From Lysobacterales bacterium (GTDB taxonomy: Bacteria > Pseudomonadota > Gammaproteobacteria > Xanthomonadales > SZUA-5): a stretch of DNA of 64,000 bases. Of this stretch, positions 10,682 through 23,744 are shown piece after piece. Within the stretch, counting starts at the first letter, position 1. Each line of letters begins with the position of its first letter. The stretch covers positions 12,875 through 76,874 of the forward strand of contig JALHMG010000028.1 of assembly GCA_022844135.1 (NCBI GenBank), in the 5' to 3' direction. The notes below the pieces were generated by a model, which saw only the letters and a program-made list of their open reading frames with translations, did not search any database and was not told the DNA's origin. The translations under genes were made by a program, and so were the position numbers.

Positions 10682-11619
10682 CCCTCGTTCGGAACCAGCT
10701 CGCGTAGCACGGCCGCGAAGTCGCGGCGACGCATCATTTCCACAAGCCGCGCACGCCGGAGTTGGAAGTACGGGATCAGTCGTTCGGGAGCGGCGTCGAG
10801 AATTTGGCCCTGCAAATGCTCCGTTCCGCAAGCGGCTACGCTGTCGATACAGGAGCGATTCCAAGCGGCGGAGCCTCGTTCGCAGGGCATACCCAGATCG
10901 CAAGCAATCAACTGCCACAGAGCCGCGTCCATCCCGGTGTCGGCTAACTCGCGAGACAGCATCGGCAGCGCTTCACCGAGCCGCGCAATGTCCTCCAGTC
11001 GCTCGCTGCGCAGAACCTCGTCGATGAGCGCGCGAGTTTCGGCCAGCGACTCTGGCGTATGCACGTCCCAACGGCGCGCCTGCAGCCTCGCCAGAGGATG
11101 GCCCAGTTGCGCAGCCGACTGGTGAATCTGCTCGATCTCTTTGCTGGTAGCCATCGGCACGGTCGCGCAGCGAGTGGCCAGGTGCTCAATCGCCTCATCC
11201 AGTCCCTTGCGCTCGCGGTCGGCGGTTTCAGTCGGCAGCCAGCGCCAGACTGTTTCATCGACTTTGTCGCGACGCGCAGGCGCCATCGCCGCGCGCACCT
11301 CCGCGCACAACGAAAGCTCATCGGCGCGACGATAAAACTCGTCGGCTGCGACTGGGTTCCGAAGTACGGATTTGGATGCTTGTTCCGAATCCGAATCCGG
11401 ATCGAGATCTGAGACGTCGTCATTCAACGGCAGCGATTGTCCCGCGTCGGCGTCGATCGATGGGTCCAGTTTGGCGGTCTCCATCACATCCGGTGTGGAC
11501 GTCGGTGCCAGCGATAGGTCCGATGACCTGGACTGCTCGGTGAGAAATGTCCAAACCACGATCGCCATCGCAGCTGATACAACACTTAGCAAGATTGCGG
11601 CAGCCCTGCGCTTGATCAC
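10678..11619 (-). CDS. Hypothetical membrane-anchored protein (N-terminal transmembrane helix; Asp/Ser-rich linker; paralog A)
   Basis: Track ORF of 313 aa. The N-terminus MIKRRAAAILLSVVSAAMAIVVWTF is hydrophobic. It shares motifs with the next gene (LGHPLARLQARRW, ALWQLIACDLGMPC). There is a 4-nt overlap with the upstream paralog. Confidence 0.6.
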   Translation of the reverse strand: MIKRRAAAILLSVVSAAMAIVVWTFLTEQSRSSDLSLAPTSTPDVMETAKLDPSIDADAGQSLPLNDDVSDLDPDSDSEQASKSVLRNPVAADEFYRRADELSLCAEVRAAMAPARRDKVDETVWRWLPTETADRERKGLDEAIEHLATRCATVPMATSKEIEQIHQSAAQLGHPLARLQARRWDVHTPESLAETRALIDEVLRSERLEDIARLGEALPMLSRELADTGMDAALWQLIACDLGMPCERGSAAWNRSCIDSVAACGTEHLQGQILDAAPERLIPYFQLRRARLVEMMRRRDFAAVLRELVPNEG

Positions 11620-12596
11620 GGCCTACTCGGAATCAATAGATCGAAACGTCGGGCGTTCCAATGCTCTACGATTTCGCGCGCCTGGGCCTCTGCGATCTGA
11701 CGTTCGCGTCGACTCAACATCAGCAGGCCGGCATAGCTGAGGCCGCCCATGACGCTATCGGGCGACATCTGTTGCAACGCATATGCCGACAAATCTTGCG
11801 CGCAAGCGGCTTGAAGTTGGCAAGCCGCCAAGGTGTAAGCCTCTTGCCGATAAGCACCATTCGCCAACGATATAGCGAAACCTATATCCGCCAGCCACGT
11901 TGGATCGCCCGTCTCAAGGAGCGCGACCATTGCCCGGCGACGATCGCCGCGCGCATCCTCAAAAGTCACCGAACCGTTTTCCGCCGTCATCCGGATGGCC
12001 AGTGCGCGCGCCACCGGGTGTCCCAACGCTGCCGCGCGTTCCTCCATTTCCAGGTGGGCCGAGAAGTGATCGAAATCGCCCGGCATCCACTTCGAACACT
12101 CGGTCGCGCGGTCGGAAAAGCGCTGCAGGACCATCTGGGCCACATCCGGCGCAAACCCCATACGCATCATCAGTGCTTCGACTTCAAATCCCTCTTTGCC
12201 GACGAATCCCTGAGCAATCGAGCATGCCTCGTGCATGCGCGAAAGATCGAAAGCGGCTCGAGCGTCGTTGGCCTTCGCGCGGGCTTGAAGATCTGCTGCG
12301 ACAGTGGTCAGAGCAGGCGCGGCTGGCGCACGCTCGGGGATCTGCGCAGCGAGTTCGCGCCGCTCTTGGGGCGCTTCAGCGGCATGCGGCGAAGGCGCGC
12401 TTTCGCGATCGCTCAACTCAGGCGTCGTCAATAACGTTGCGGACGTGCTGACGACGTCGGCTTTTGCGTCAGAGCTCGTTGCGGCGACGTTGGTTCGAAT
12501 GTCAGCATCATCAAACGAGCGCCGCTGCAACCAGATCGCAACCGCGAACAACCCTGTCAGCACGCAAACTGCGACGATCCTCACCCGGCGATTCAA
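11616..12596 (-). CDS. Hypothetical membrane-anchored protein (paralog B of the 10678-11619 product)
   Basis: Track ORF of 326 aa. The N-terminal transmembrane segment is MNRRVRIVAVCVLTGLFAVAIWL. The conserved LGHPVARALAIRM and AYTLAACQLQAAC motifs parallel paralog A. Confidence 0.6.
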   Translation of the reverse strand: MNRRVRIVAVCVLTGLFAVAIWLQRRSFDDADIRTNVAATSSDAKADVVSTSATLLTTPELSDRESAPSPHAAEAPQERRELAAQIPERAPAAPALTTVAADLQARAKANDARAAFDLSRMHEACSIAQGFVGKEGFEVEALMMRMGFAPDVAQMVLQRFSDRATECSKWMPGDFDHFSAHLEMEERAAALGHPVARALAIRMTAENGSVTFEDARGDRRRAMVALLETGDPTWLADIGFAISLANGAYRQEAYTLAACQLQAACAQDLSAYALQQMSPDSVMGGLSYAGLLMLSRRERQIAEAQAREIVEHWNARRFDLLIPSRP

Positions 12597-12716
12597 TCTC
12601 GATCCTCGTTCCGACTCCGAGTCATATTGCGATCTTTTTGAGCCGACGTCATCCCAACGAACGAGCTATGCGACGGTCCGGCATGACGTCCGAACGTGGC
12701 AAAGAACTCGCATCCC

Positions 12717-12757
12717 GTTGAACGAAAAAGGGCGGCCCGTTGGCCGCCCTTTTTGAT
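12717..12757. terminator. Bidirectional rho-independent terminator (AAAAAGGGCGGCC-CGTT-GGCCGCCCTTTTT) downstream of atpC
   Basis: A perfect GC-rich hairpin is flanked by an A-run on one side and a T-run on the other. It lies between the atpC stop (12772) and the next gene start (12596). Confidence 0.65.
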
Positions 12758-12771
12758 CGCGATGGCTTTGC

Positions 12772-13197
12772 TTAGTGCTTGAGGTTTTTGCGCAGCCGAT
12801 CAAGGGCTTGCAACTGCGCCTGGGTCTGCATTTGCTGCTGGTAGGCTTCGACGATGCTCATGGTCGAGTCGCCGCGACCTTCGATCACCCGCTGCGCTTC
12901 CTCCAGCGCTGCGCGCGCGGCTTTTTCGTCGATGTCCTGGGCGCGAATCGCGGTGTCGGTCAGAATCGTCACGACCGACGGCTGAACCTCCATGATCCCG
13001 CCCGACACGTACAAATGAACTTCTTCGCCGCTGGGCTGGATGACTCGCACTTCCCCAGGCTTGAGGCGCGTGATCAACGGCGCATGCCGCGGCGCGATGC
13101 CCAATTCGCCCAACTCGCCAGAGGCAACCACCAATTTGGCATCGCCGCGGAAAATCTCTGCTTCGGCGCTAACGACTTCGACTCGGATGGTGCTCAT
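12772..13197 (-). CDS. atpC: ATP synthase F1 epsilon subunit
   Basis: [43 protein letters not shown]... is a typical epsilon-subunit sequence. It is the last gene of the atp operon. Confidence 0.95.
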   Translation of the reverse strand: MSTIRVEVVSAEAEIFRGDAKLVVASGELGELGIAPRHAPLITRLKPGEVRVIQPSGEEVHLYVSGGIMEVQPSVVTILTDTAIRAQDIDEKAARAALEEAQRVIEGRGDSTMSIVEAYQQQMQTQAQLQALDRLRKNLKH

Positions 13198-13342
13198 TGG
13201 AGTTTCGGTTCCTGTTGCCGTGAGCTCTTAACAAGGTTTGCGGCAATGCTGATAAATGGTCTGCGCGGCTGTGCCGCGCCCTGTGGCCTGCGCTTAGAAG
13301 TTTGCGGTGAGCCGTAAGCAACCAACCCACCGCCAACCTGAC

Positions 13343-14812
<1,470 letters not shown>

Positions 14813-14829
14813 TCAATTGGCTGAATCGA

Positions 14830-15012
14830 CTAGCCGTCCAAACCTAGTTGTCGCCTGATGACGCGACACAACGAATCTCGAATCTCGTTGTGTCGAGGAA
14901 CTGGCGCTTGGCGCCCGTTCGCCGGATTCAGGTACATGTCGTGGCGGCCACCATGTCGCAAAAGTACGCATCCACGATCAACCAATTCTCGAATAAACGC
15001 GCGTCGATTCAC
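14830..15012 (-). CDS. hicA: HicA-family toxin (mRNA interferase) of a type II toxin-antitoxin pair; the likely GTG start overlaps the hicB stop (GTGA)
   Basis: ...AFIRELVDRGCVLLRHGGRHDMYLNPANGRQAPVPRHNEIRDSLCRVIRRQLGL matches the HicA/YcfA consensus (G.H....P......VP.H.E.....L..I.RQ.GL). The track ORF (14830-15081) extends further upstream in the same frame. Confidence 0.7.
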   Translation of the reverse strand: MNRRAFIRELVDRGCVLLRHGGRHDMYLNPANGRQAPVPRHNEIRDSLCRVIRRQLGLDG

Positions 15013-15221
15013 GCCACTTCCAGAAGCACCGCTTTCGCCCTCGCAGCCGGCGGCACGGGCTCTGAGCCTGCGCCCGCACATACCATGCGGTAAGCGTCTT
15101 CAATGTTCTCTTCCAACTCCTGAAGCGTTTCCCCCTGGCTGAAAACGCCAGGAACTTCTTTAAGTCGACCGACAAACCAACCATCGTCTTCCCAGTATTC
15201 GAGCGTGAATTGATGCTTCAT
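15009..15221 (-). CDS. hicB: HicB-family antitoxin (short, 70 aa)
   Basis: MKHQFTLEYWEDDGWFVGRLKEVPGVFSQGETLQELEENIEDAYRM is the characteristic HicB N-terminal fold motif (the ...GETLEEA..NI.EA part). It lies immediately upstream of hicA. Confidence 0.65.
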   Translation of the reverse strand: MKHQFTLEYWEDDGWFVGRLKEVPGVFSQGETLQELEENIEDAYRMVCAGAGSEPVPPAARAKAVLLEVA

Positions 15222-15280
15222 GTGGTCTCTCGATGCCCAACGGACGTCAATGACAACATTACCACCTCACGACGATCGAA

Positions 15281-16144
15281 CTACACTGCCGCAGCGCCAC
15301 CCACAATTTCCGAAATCTCTTGCGTAATCGCTGCCTGACGGGCTTTGTTGTACACCAGCGTCAGGTCGCCGATCAGCTTGGTGGCATTGTCTGACGCGCT
15401 CTTCATGGCAACCATGCGCGCAGCGTGCTCGCTGGCGAGATTCTCCAGCGTCGACTGGTACACCAAACTTTCGATGTAACGCGTGAGCACGTGATCCAGA
15501 ATGTCTTTGGCGTTCGGCTCGTACAGGTAATCCCACGAGTGCGTCGACTCCAGCGAATCGGACGGCGGCAGCGGTAACACCTGATCGATGGTCACCTTCT
15601 GCGTCATGGTGTTGACGAAGTGGTTGTAGGCCAGGAACAAGCGATCGGCGCGACCCGACATGTAATTGTCGAGGATGACTTTGATTGCTCCGATCAGCTG
15701 CGAGACCTGCGGCTTCTCGCCAAGATGCGTCACCGACCCCTCAAAGTTGACCTTGAGGCGTTTGAAAAACGCGGTGGCCTTCTGGCCGATACAAACCACA
15801 TCGATCTCAACGCCTTTCTGTTGCCACTCGCGGAACTCGCCGAGCAGACGACGGAACAAATTAGCGTTCAAGCCACCGCACAAACCGCGGTCGGTGGAGA
15901 CAATGATGTAGCCGACGTGCGAGATCTCTTTGCGCTCGACCAGGAACGGATGCTGATAGTCGGTGTTGGCTTTAGCGATGTGGCCGATCATCTGCCGCAT
16001 CAGCCGCGCGTACGGGCGCGAAGCCTTCATCAAGTCCTGAGCGCGGCGAATCTTGCTCGCCGACACCATCTCGAGCGCGCGCGTCACCTTGCGGGTGTTC
16101 TGCACGCTCTTGATCTTGGTTCGAATTTCTCTTGCGCCGGCCAT
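15281..16144 (-). CDS. atpG: ATP synthase F1 gamma subunit
   Basis: [36 protein letters not shown] is the canonical gamma-subunit N-terminus. Confidence 0.95.
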   Translation of the reverse strand: MAGAREIRTKIKSVQNTRKVTRALEMVSASKIRRAQDLMKASRPYARLMRQMIGHIAKANTDYQHPFLVERKEISHVGYIIVSTDRGLCGGLNANLFRRLLGEFREWQQKGVEIDVVCIGQKATAFFKRLKVNFEGSVTHLGEKPQVSQLIGAIKVILDNYMSGRADRLFLAYNHFVNTMTQKVTIDQVLPLPPSDSLESTHSWDYLYEPNAKDILDHVLTRYIESLVYQSTLENLASEHAARMVAMKSASDNATKLIGDLTLVYNKARQAAITQEISEIVGGAAAV

Positions 16145-16276
16145 TCGTTTGCTCGCTTCGCTCGCACAGTCTCAGAAGTAACGGGTCACGCGCCCAGGGC
16201 GCGCCAAGCAGCCAGTGGCTCGGGATTCGATGCTGTTTTCCCAATGACCATTGACTACTTCCTATTTACCGCTTCT

Positions 16277-17824
16277 CTACCAGCTCCCGGTCTTCTTGAA
16301 CTCCGCAATGCCCTTCTTGAAGGCGCCTTCCAGCTCGTCGTTCCAGTCGCCCGTGGTGTCGATCTTAGTCATCACATCGGCGTAGTTGCTGCGCATGTGC
16401 TTGTGCAGCGCCTTTTCGAACGGCTGAATCTTCGCCAGCGGCAGATCGTCCATGAAGCCCTTATCGACGGCGTACAGCGACAGACCCATATCGGCAACGC
16501 TCATCGGGGCGTACTGCTTCTGCTTCATGAGTTCCGTCACGCGTTGACCGCGTTCCAACTGCGCACGCGTGGCCGCGTCGAGGTCGGACGCGAACTGAGC
16601 GAAAGCCGCCAGTTCGCGGTACTGCGCCAGCGCCAGACGAATACCGCCGCCGAGCTTCTTGATGATCTTGGTTTGTGCTGCACCACCGACGCGCGACACC
16701 GAGATACCGGCGTTCATCGCGGGGCGGATACCCGCGTTGAACAAATCGGTTTCCAAGAAGATCTGGCCGTCGGTGATGGAGATCACGTTGGTCGGCACGA
16801 ACGCCGAGACGTCGCCGGCTTGCGTTTCGATGATCGGCAGCGCGGTCAGCGATCCCGTCCTGCCTTTCACAGCGCCGCCGGTGAACTTCTCGACGTACTC
16901 CGGATTGACGCGCGCGGCGCGTTCCAAAAGGCGCGAGTGCAAATAGAACACATCGCCCGGATAGGCTTCGCGGCCCGGCGGGCGGCGCAGCAACAGCGAG
17001 ATCTGGCGATACGCCCAGGCCTGCTTGGTCAAGTCGTCGTAAATGATCAGCGCGTCTTCGCCGCGGTCGCGGAAGTACTCGCCCATTGCGCAACCGGCAT
17101 AGGCGGCGACGTACTGCATCGCGGCCGACTCGGACGCAGAAGCGGCGACGATGATGGTGTGCGCCAGCGCGCCGTTCTCATCGAGCTTGCGCACCACGTT
17201 CGCGATCGAGCTCTGCTTCTGGCCGATAGCGACGTAGATACACTTAATGCCGCTGCCCTTCTGATTGATGATGGTGTCGACCGCCAGCGCGGTCTTGCCG
17301 GTCTGACGATCGCCAATGATCAGCTCGCGCTGACCTCGGCCGACAGGCACCATCGCGTCGACCGATTTGTAGCCGGTTTGCACGGGCTGGGCAACGGATT
17401 GACGCCAGATCACGCCTGGCGCCACTTTCTCGATGGGACTCGACAACTTGGCGTTCAGCGGTCCCTTGCCATCGATCGGCGCACCGAGCGCGTTCACGAC
17501 TCGCCCCAGCAACTCAGGACCCACCGGCACTTCCAGAATGCGACCCGTGGTTTTGACGGCATCGCCCTCGCGCAAGTGCTCATAGTCGCCGAGCACCACG
17601 GCGCCGACCGAGTCGCGCTCCAGGTTCAGCGCCAAAGCGAACGTGTCGCCCGGCATTTCGATCATCTCGCCCTGCATCACATCGGCGAGGCCATGGATGC
17701 GCACGATGCCGTCGGACACCGAAACAATGGTGCCTTCGTTGCGCGCTTCGGCGGCCGATTGAAATTTCTCAATCCGCGACTTGATCAGATCGCTGATCTC
17801 GGAGGGATTCAGTTGCGTCTGCAT
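16277..17824 (-). CDS. atpA: ATP synthase F1 alpha subunit
   Basis: [21 protein letters not shown]... and GDRQTGKTA (Walker A); 515 aa. Confidence 0.95.
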   Translation of the reverse strand: MQTQLNPSEISDLIKSRIEKFQSAAEARNEGTIVSVSDGIVRIHGLADVMQGEMIEMPGDTFALALNLERDSVGAVVLGDYEHLREGDAVKTTGRILEVPVGPELLGRVVNALGAPIDGKGPLNAKLSSPIEKVAPGVIWRQSVAQPVQTGYKSVDAMVPVGRGQRELIIGDRQTGKTALAVDTIINQKGSGIKCIYVAIGQKQSSIANVVRKLDENGALAHTIIVAASASESAAMQYVAAYAGCAMGEYFRDRGEDALIIYDDLTKQAWAYRQISLLLRRPPGREAYPGDVFYLHSRLLERAARVNPEYVEKFTGGAVKGRTGSLTALPIIETQAGDVSAFVPTNVISITDGQIFLETDLFNAGIRPAMNAGISVSRVGGAAQTKIIKKLGGGIRLALAQYRELAAFAQFASDLDAATRAQLERGQRVTELMKQKQYAPMSVADMGLSLYAVDKGFMDDLPLAKIQPFEKALHKHMRSNYADVMTKIDTTGDWNDELEGAFKKGIAEFKKTGSW

Positions 17825-18029
17825 GGCATTTGTCCAAAGTTCTAATTTGTCGTTGGGAACAACGCCAACACAGTAATTGCAGCGCTGTGCCGTCGCACCC
17901 AGTGAAAAGTGAAAAGTGAAAAGTCAACGGAAATGGGCGCCTTGGCAGGTGCCGAGCCCTGGTCTGACTTTTGACCTTCCACCTTGTTCGAGCGGCGGAA
18001 GGACTGACGTCCAGCCGCCGCCGTCCAGC

Positions 18030-18560
18030 TCACATCAATTCCGCTCGAAGCCGCTTCAATTTGCCGCGCACCGAGCCGTCGATCACAACGTCCCCGGCCT
18101 CGACCACAGCGCCGCCGAGCAGCTCCGGATCGATGGACAGTTCGAGATCGATGGCACGGTTGAACCGCTTGGCCAAGGCGCCGACCAGCTGCTGCTGTTG
18201 CATAGGCTCAATCGCCATTGCAGCGCGAACGCGAACCTGCAGTCGCTTTTCATCGTCGGCACGAAGCTTCTCGAACAGCGAGGCGACTTCCGCGAGCAGC
18301 GACAACCGCTGATTGGATTCCAGCATCGCCAGGAACCGGCCGAAACTGGAACTTGCGTTATCGCCTTCGCTAAGGAACAGCGAAATACGATCGGCCGCTT
18401 GCAGCTTCGGGCTACCCAGCAAATCGTGCACCGCCGACTGATCGGCCACCTGGGCGGCGAAGCCCAAGCGAGCGGACCACTGCGCCTGCGCGCCTTCGTT
18501 TTTGGCTAACTCGAAGGCAGCCCGTGCGTACGGCCGTGCGAGGGTCGTTGCATTGCTCAT
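18030..18560 (-). CDS. atpH: ATP synthase F1 delta subunit
   Basis: MSNATTLARPYARAAFELAKNEG... is typical of the delta subunit (OSCP). There is a 4-nt overlap with atpF. Confidence 0.9.
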   Translation of the reverse strand: MSNATTLARPYARAAFELAKNEGAQAQWSARLGFAAQVADQSAVHDLLGSPKLQAADRISLFLSEGDNASSSFGRFLAMLESNQRLSLLAEVASLFEKLRADDEKRLQVRVRAAMAIEPMQQQQLVGALAKRFNRAIDLELSIDPELLGGAVVEAGDVVIDGSVRGKLKRLRAELM

Positions 18561-19033
18561 CGCGCGATCTCGGCGATCAAATCGTCGAGCAGCGCCTTGT
18601 GCGCGGCCGCGTCGATCTCTTTGCGAATCAGCTTCTCGGCACCCTTGACCGCCAACTCAGCCACCTGCGTGCGCAACGCTTCACGCGCACGGTGGGCTTC
18701 GGTTTCGATCTCGGCAACCGCAACCGCTTTCTGGCGATTACCTTCGGCAATCGCATCGGTCTTGGCTTTTTCGACAATCTGACCGTACTCCTTCTCGGCC
18801 CGATCGCGAATACCAGAAGCCTCAGCTCGCGCCTCGCGCAACACCTGATCTTGCTGCGAAGACGCCGATGCCAGCGCGCGCTTGCCTTCTTCGGCTGCCG
18901 CCAGTCCGTCACCGATTTTCTTCTGACGTTCTTCGATCGCACCGATGATGTGCGGCCAGCCGAACTTCATGACCAGCCAGGCGACCGCGAAGAACGCGAG
19001 TCCCTGGATGACCAAGGTCACATTAATGTTCAT
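18557..19033 (-). CDS. atpF: ATP synthase Fo subunit b
   Basis: N-terminal transmembrane helix MNINVTLVIQGLAFFAVAWLVMKFGWP followed by a long charged coiled-coil. Confidence 0.9.
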   Translation of the reverse strand: MNINVTLVIQGLAFFAVAWLVMKFGWPHIIGAIEERQKKIGDGLAAAEEGKRALASASSQQDQVLREARAEASGIRDRAEKEYGQIVEKAKTDAIAEGNRQKAVAVAEIETEAHRAREALRTQVAELAVKGAEKLIRKEIDAAAHKALLDDLIAEIAR

Positions 19034-19093
19034 GCGTCTCTCTCCGCTCTATGTCGCGCCGAAACCGGCACGACGCCCGCAACGAAAGGCAGA

Positions 19094-19381
<288 letters not shown>

Positions 19382-19532
19382 TTAGCTTGGTTCTTGGTTC
19401 TTGGTGTTGGTCCTTGGCTGGGCCTACGACGAACGCCGTCAGCTCATCCAAAAAACCGCTCTTTCTTACTTCTGTGAACTTGGGCCCTGATATCGGCTAT
19501 TTCCAGCAACCAACAACCAGGAACCATCAACC

Positions 19533-20739
<1,207 letters not shown>

Positions 20740-21201
20740 GCTGAGATCTCGAGACTGCGGCGCGTTGGTACTCGCGCCGCGGGTGGACCCGTAAAAATCA
20801 ACGGGAGTATAGGTTGGCTTTTTCGCGCGTCGCAAGCGTTCGGACGCGAAATTGTCATGGAGCGGTGCAACATTTATTGAGCGAAGGCTCTACTGCTCTG
20901 CGCGGTGGCTCACTGCTGCGCCTTGAGCCTCGCACGTTGTTGAATCGCAGGTTCTGTGGGTTTTCCATTTGCGAGTCCGGCGCGTGACCAGACTCGCTCT
21001 CCATGGAGCAAGCACTTATGTGCTCGATCGATGCGCAATCCTGGTTCCCACAGCAGGCTGTTTCGCAACAGCCTGCTGGAGCACTGGACGGAGCAGGTTT
21101 TTTTGAACCACGTCAAGTGATGCGCGGGTTGTGGCCGATACATCCGGTTGTCGGCGAGCGAAGCCCGCATCGCTCGTCGGTCCGTGGCGGAACTCGTGCT
21201 G

Positions 21202-21975
21202 TTACCAGCCCGGATCGGGTACAAAGCCGGGAAACGCCTGCGGCGAACGTTGAGCGTAGCCGCGATACGGTGGCGGCAGAATACCGGCCGCGATCAGATT
21301 GCGCCGAGAATCGTAGTACACGGTCCGCACTTCGCTCGGCACGTGACTGGCACGGACGAACTGCGTGGAACGTGCATGACTCCACTCGCGTTCACCGTGG
21401 CCTGTACCCAGCGGCGCGCCGGCAAAGCCCTTGTCGTACGCTTCTGCGCTTGCGCCCGGCGCTTGAGTACGCGGTGCGCCATGTGTGTCGGCACCACGCT
21501 GCGACTCGCGCTTGGCGATCCAATTGTCCTCTTGGACATAGGCGCGACGTTCATGAAACACGGCCACACCGATTACGCCGACATCATTGGGACGCCCGGT
21601 ACGCGCGGCATAGCTCTCGGGCAGCGGCGCGAAGTTGAAAGCAGCGATCTCGCTCATGTTCTTGCGCCAGCCGTTGATGACCGTCGACTGCCACGGGCCC
21701 AGCACATAGCCGGATTGACCGGGATTGGCCGTCTCACCCGTCACCACGTTCACGCCATCGACCGAGAGCACCGCCAGTACACGCTCACCGCTGCGATTGG
21801 TCAGTCGAATGCCATAGCGATGGCCAGGCTCGCCGACCGCAAAATCCTGACCTTGATGACGGACCATCGGTACGTCGCGACCGAGCGTGCGGTCTTCGAG
21901 TCGAACCTCGACTTGGGCGAACAACGCCGGCGCTGCTGTCATCAACGCCACCGCCAGTGTGCTCTTGCGCATCAT
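21202..21975 (-). CDS. Hypothetical secreted protein (signal peptide MMRKSTLAVALMTAAPALFAQ)
   Basis: Track ORF of 257 aa with an N-terminal signal peptide. It is downstream of exbBD on the same strand. Confidence 0.5.
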   Translation of the reverse strand: MMRKSTLAVALMTAAPALFAQVEVRLEDRTLGRDVPMVRHQGQDFAVGEPGHRYGIRLTNRSGERVLAVLSVDGVNVVTGETANPGQSGYVLGPWQSTVINGWRKNMSEIAAFNFAPLPESYAARTGRPNDVGVIGVAVFHERRAYVQEDNWIAKRESQRGADTHGAPRTQAPGASAEAYDKGFAGAPLGTGHGEREWSHARSTQFVRASHVPSEVRTVYYDSRRNLIAAGILPPPYRGYAQRSPQAFPGFVPDPGW

Positions 21976-22108
21976 GACCTGCCTCCTTGAGTTGGGGTCA
22001 ATGATGAAAACGGCGGCGGATGGCGAGTGGGGTTAAGGTCCATGCCTGCGCATGTTAGGGCTGCGCCCGCTGGCCTCGCGCAAACACCGGGCGCGATGAA
22101 TCGCGCTC

Positions 22109-22525
22109 CTACTGTTTCCCGCGCACGGTGGCAATCGATAAGTTTCGGAAGCCCAACTGCGCGAGCGCATCCATCGCCGTAACAACCGACTGATGCTCGG
22201 CACGCGCGTCGGCGCGGAGCACGACGGCTTTGCTGCCCGGATCTGCGCCCACTTGCAAGATCGCCGCCTTCAGCGTTTCGATCTTGGGATTAATCACTTC
22301 GTTGTTATTGACGAAGTAACGGCCTTCAGCATCGATCTGGATCATGAGCGGCTGCGCCTGATCGCTTTTCAGATCCGACGATGCTTCGGGCAACTCCACC
22401 TTAATGCGCGAGTTCTGATCGAAGGTGGCGGTGGCCATGAAAAAAATAAGCAACACCAGGATCACGTCGATCAACGGGATCACGGTGATCTCGATGTCGT
22501 CGTTGTCCTCGCTGGTGAACTTCAT
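22109..22525 (-). CDS. exbD: Biopolymer transport protein ExbD/TolR
   Basis: ...ITVIPLIDVILVLLIFFM... is the ExbD/TolR signature; 138 aa; 4-nt overlap with exbB. Confidence 0.85.
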   Translation of the reverse strand: MKFTSEDNDDIEITVIPLIDVILVLLIFFMATATFDQNSRIKVELPEASSDLKSDQAQPLMIQIDAEGRYFVNNNEVINPKIETLKAAILQVGADPGSKAVVLRADARAEHQSVVTAMDALAQLGFRNLSIATVRGKQ

Positions 22526-23175
22526 CGCGCGGCTCGCTGCGGGGCCGGCGCCGGCACGGGCGAGGCGACAGGATCGGGCGCCTCAAGGCTATCCATCAAC
22601 AGGTTGGCTTCATGTTCCAGCGCCATCGCCAGATTCTGCACATGGCCCTTGAAATGGCGATGAAAGAAATACCCGACGCACGCCACACACAAGCCTGCGG
22701 CAGTCGCAACCAGCGCCTCACCGATGCCCCCCGCCAACGCGTTGGCATCGCCAATTCCGGCTGTGGTGATCACCAGGAACATGCGGATCAAACCGCTCAC
22801 GGTTCCCAGCAATCCCAGGAGCGGCGAGATGATCGCGATCGTGCCGAGCGTGTTCAAATACCGCGACAGACGATGCACGACCTGGCGACCTGTGGCCTGC
22901 ACCTTGTCGCTGATCACATCGCGCGAGCGCTGCCGGTTCGCGACTACCGTGGCCAGCACAGCGCCCAGCGGCGAGTTCTGGCGCAACTTGTCGAGATGGT
23001 CTTTCTCGATCTTCGCCGTGCGCGCCCACTGGCGTACTTCGGCACCTAGTTTAGGCGGCACAACACTGGACATGCGCAGCGACCAGAAGCGCTCCAGAAT
23101 GATGCCGATCATCACCACCGATGCCAGCACCAGCGGGATCATGATGAACCCGCCAGTCTTCAAGATTTCAAACAC
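22522..23175 (-). CDS. exbB: MotA/TolQ/ExbB proton channel family protein
   Basis: 217 aa with three transmembrane helices and conserved MotA/TolQ/ExbB C-terminal motifs. Confidence 0.85.
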   Translation of the reverse strand: MFEILKTGGFIMIPLVLASVVMIGIILERFWSLRMSSVVPPKLGAEVRQWARTAKIEKDHLDKLRQNSPLGAVLATVVANRQRSRDVISDKVQATGRQVVHRLSRYLNTLGTIAIISPLLGLLGTVSGLIRMFLVITTAGIGDANALAGGIGEALVATAAGLCVACVGYFFHRHFKGHVQNLAMALEHEANLLMDSLEAPDPVASPVPAPAPQRAAR

Positions 23176-23186
23176 GTCAGTCCTTA

Positions 23187-23714
23187 TTACTCGCCTGCGT
23201 TCGGCGCGCGATCATACCGAACGCTCAATATGCACACACGGGTGGCCCCTGATGGCAGGGCCACTTCGATCTCGTCGTCGACGCCGCGCTTGAGCAGCGC
23301 TCTGGCCAGCGGCGCATCGATGCTGATCCAGCCCAAGGAAGCGCTGGTCTCGTCGGGCCCGACAATGCGCAGCGTGCTGACGTCGCCCGACACTACGTAT
23401 TCGAGTTCGACCCAGGCGCCGAAGAAGACCTTGCCGCGATCGCTGGGTGGTTCGCTGACGACGCGCAGCGACTCCAGGCGCTTGGTGAGATAGCGGACCC
23501 GACGGTCGATCTCGGCGAGCTGGCGCTTCCGATAGGTGTACTCGGCATTCTCGGACCGATCACCTTCCGCTGCCGCAGCCGCCAGCGCCGCAACGACTTC
23601 GGGACGACGCACACGCCACAGTTCGTCCAGCTCAACTTTCAGCGCGCGATGACCCTCCGGCGTGATGATGGCCGTCGAGGGTGCGCTGGGCGGGCGATAG
23701 CGGGTTCCGGGCAT
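23187..23714 (-). CDS. greB: Transcription elongation factor GreB (the track ORF is extended upstream; the likely start is MPGTRYRPP...)
   Basis: [17 protein letters not shown]...[36 protein letters not shown]...[10 protein letters not shown] is the GreA/GreB pattern. Confidence 0.8.
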   Translation of the reverse strand: MPGTRYRPPSAPSTAIITPEGHRALKVELDELWRVRRPEVVAALAAAAAEGDRSENAEYTYRKRQLAEIDRRVRYLTKRLESLRVVSEPPSDRGKVFFGAWVELEYVVSGDVSTLRIVGPDETSASLGWISIDAPLARALLKRGVDDEIEVALPSGATRVCILSVRYDRAPNAGE

Positions 23715-23744
23715 GGGCGCTAGCCTCGGAATAGCTGATACAAA

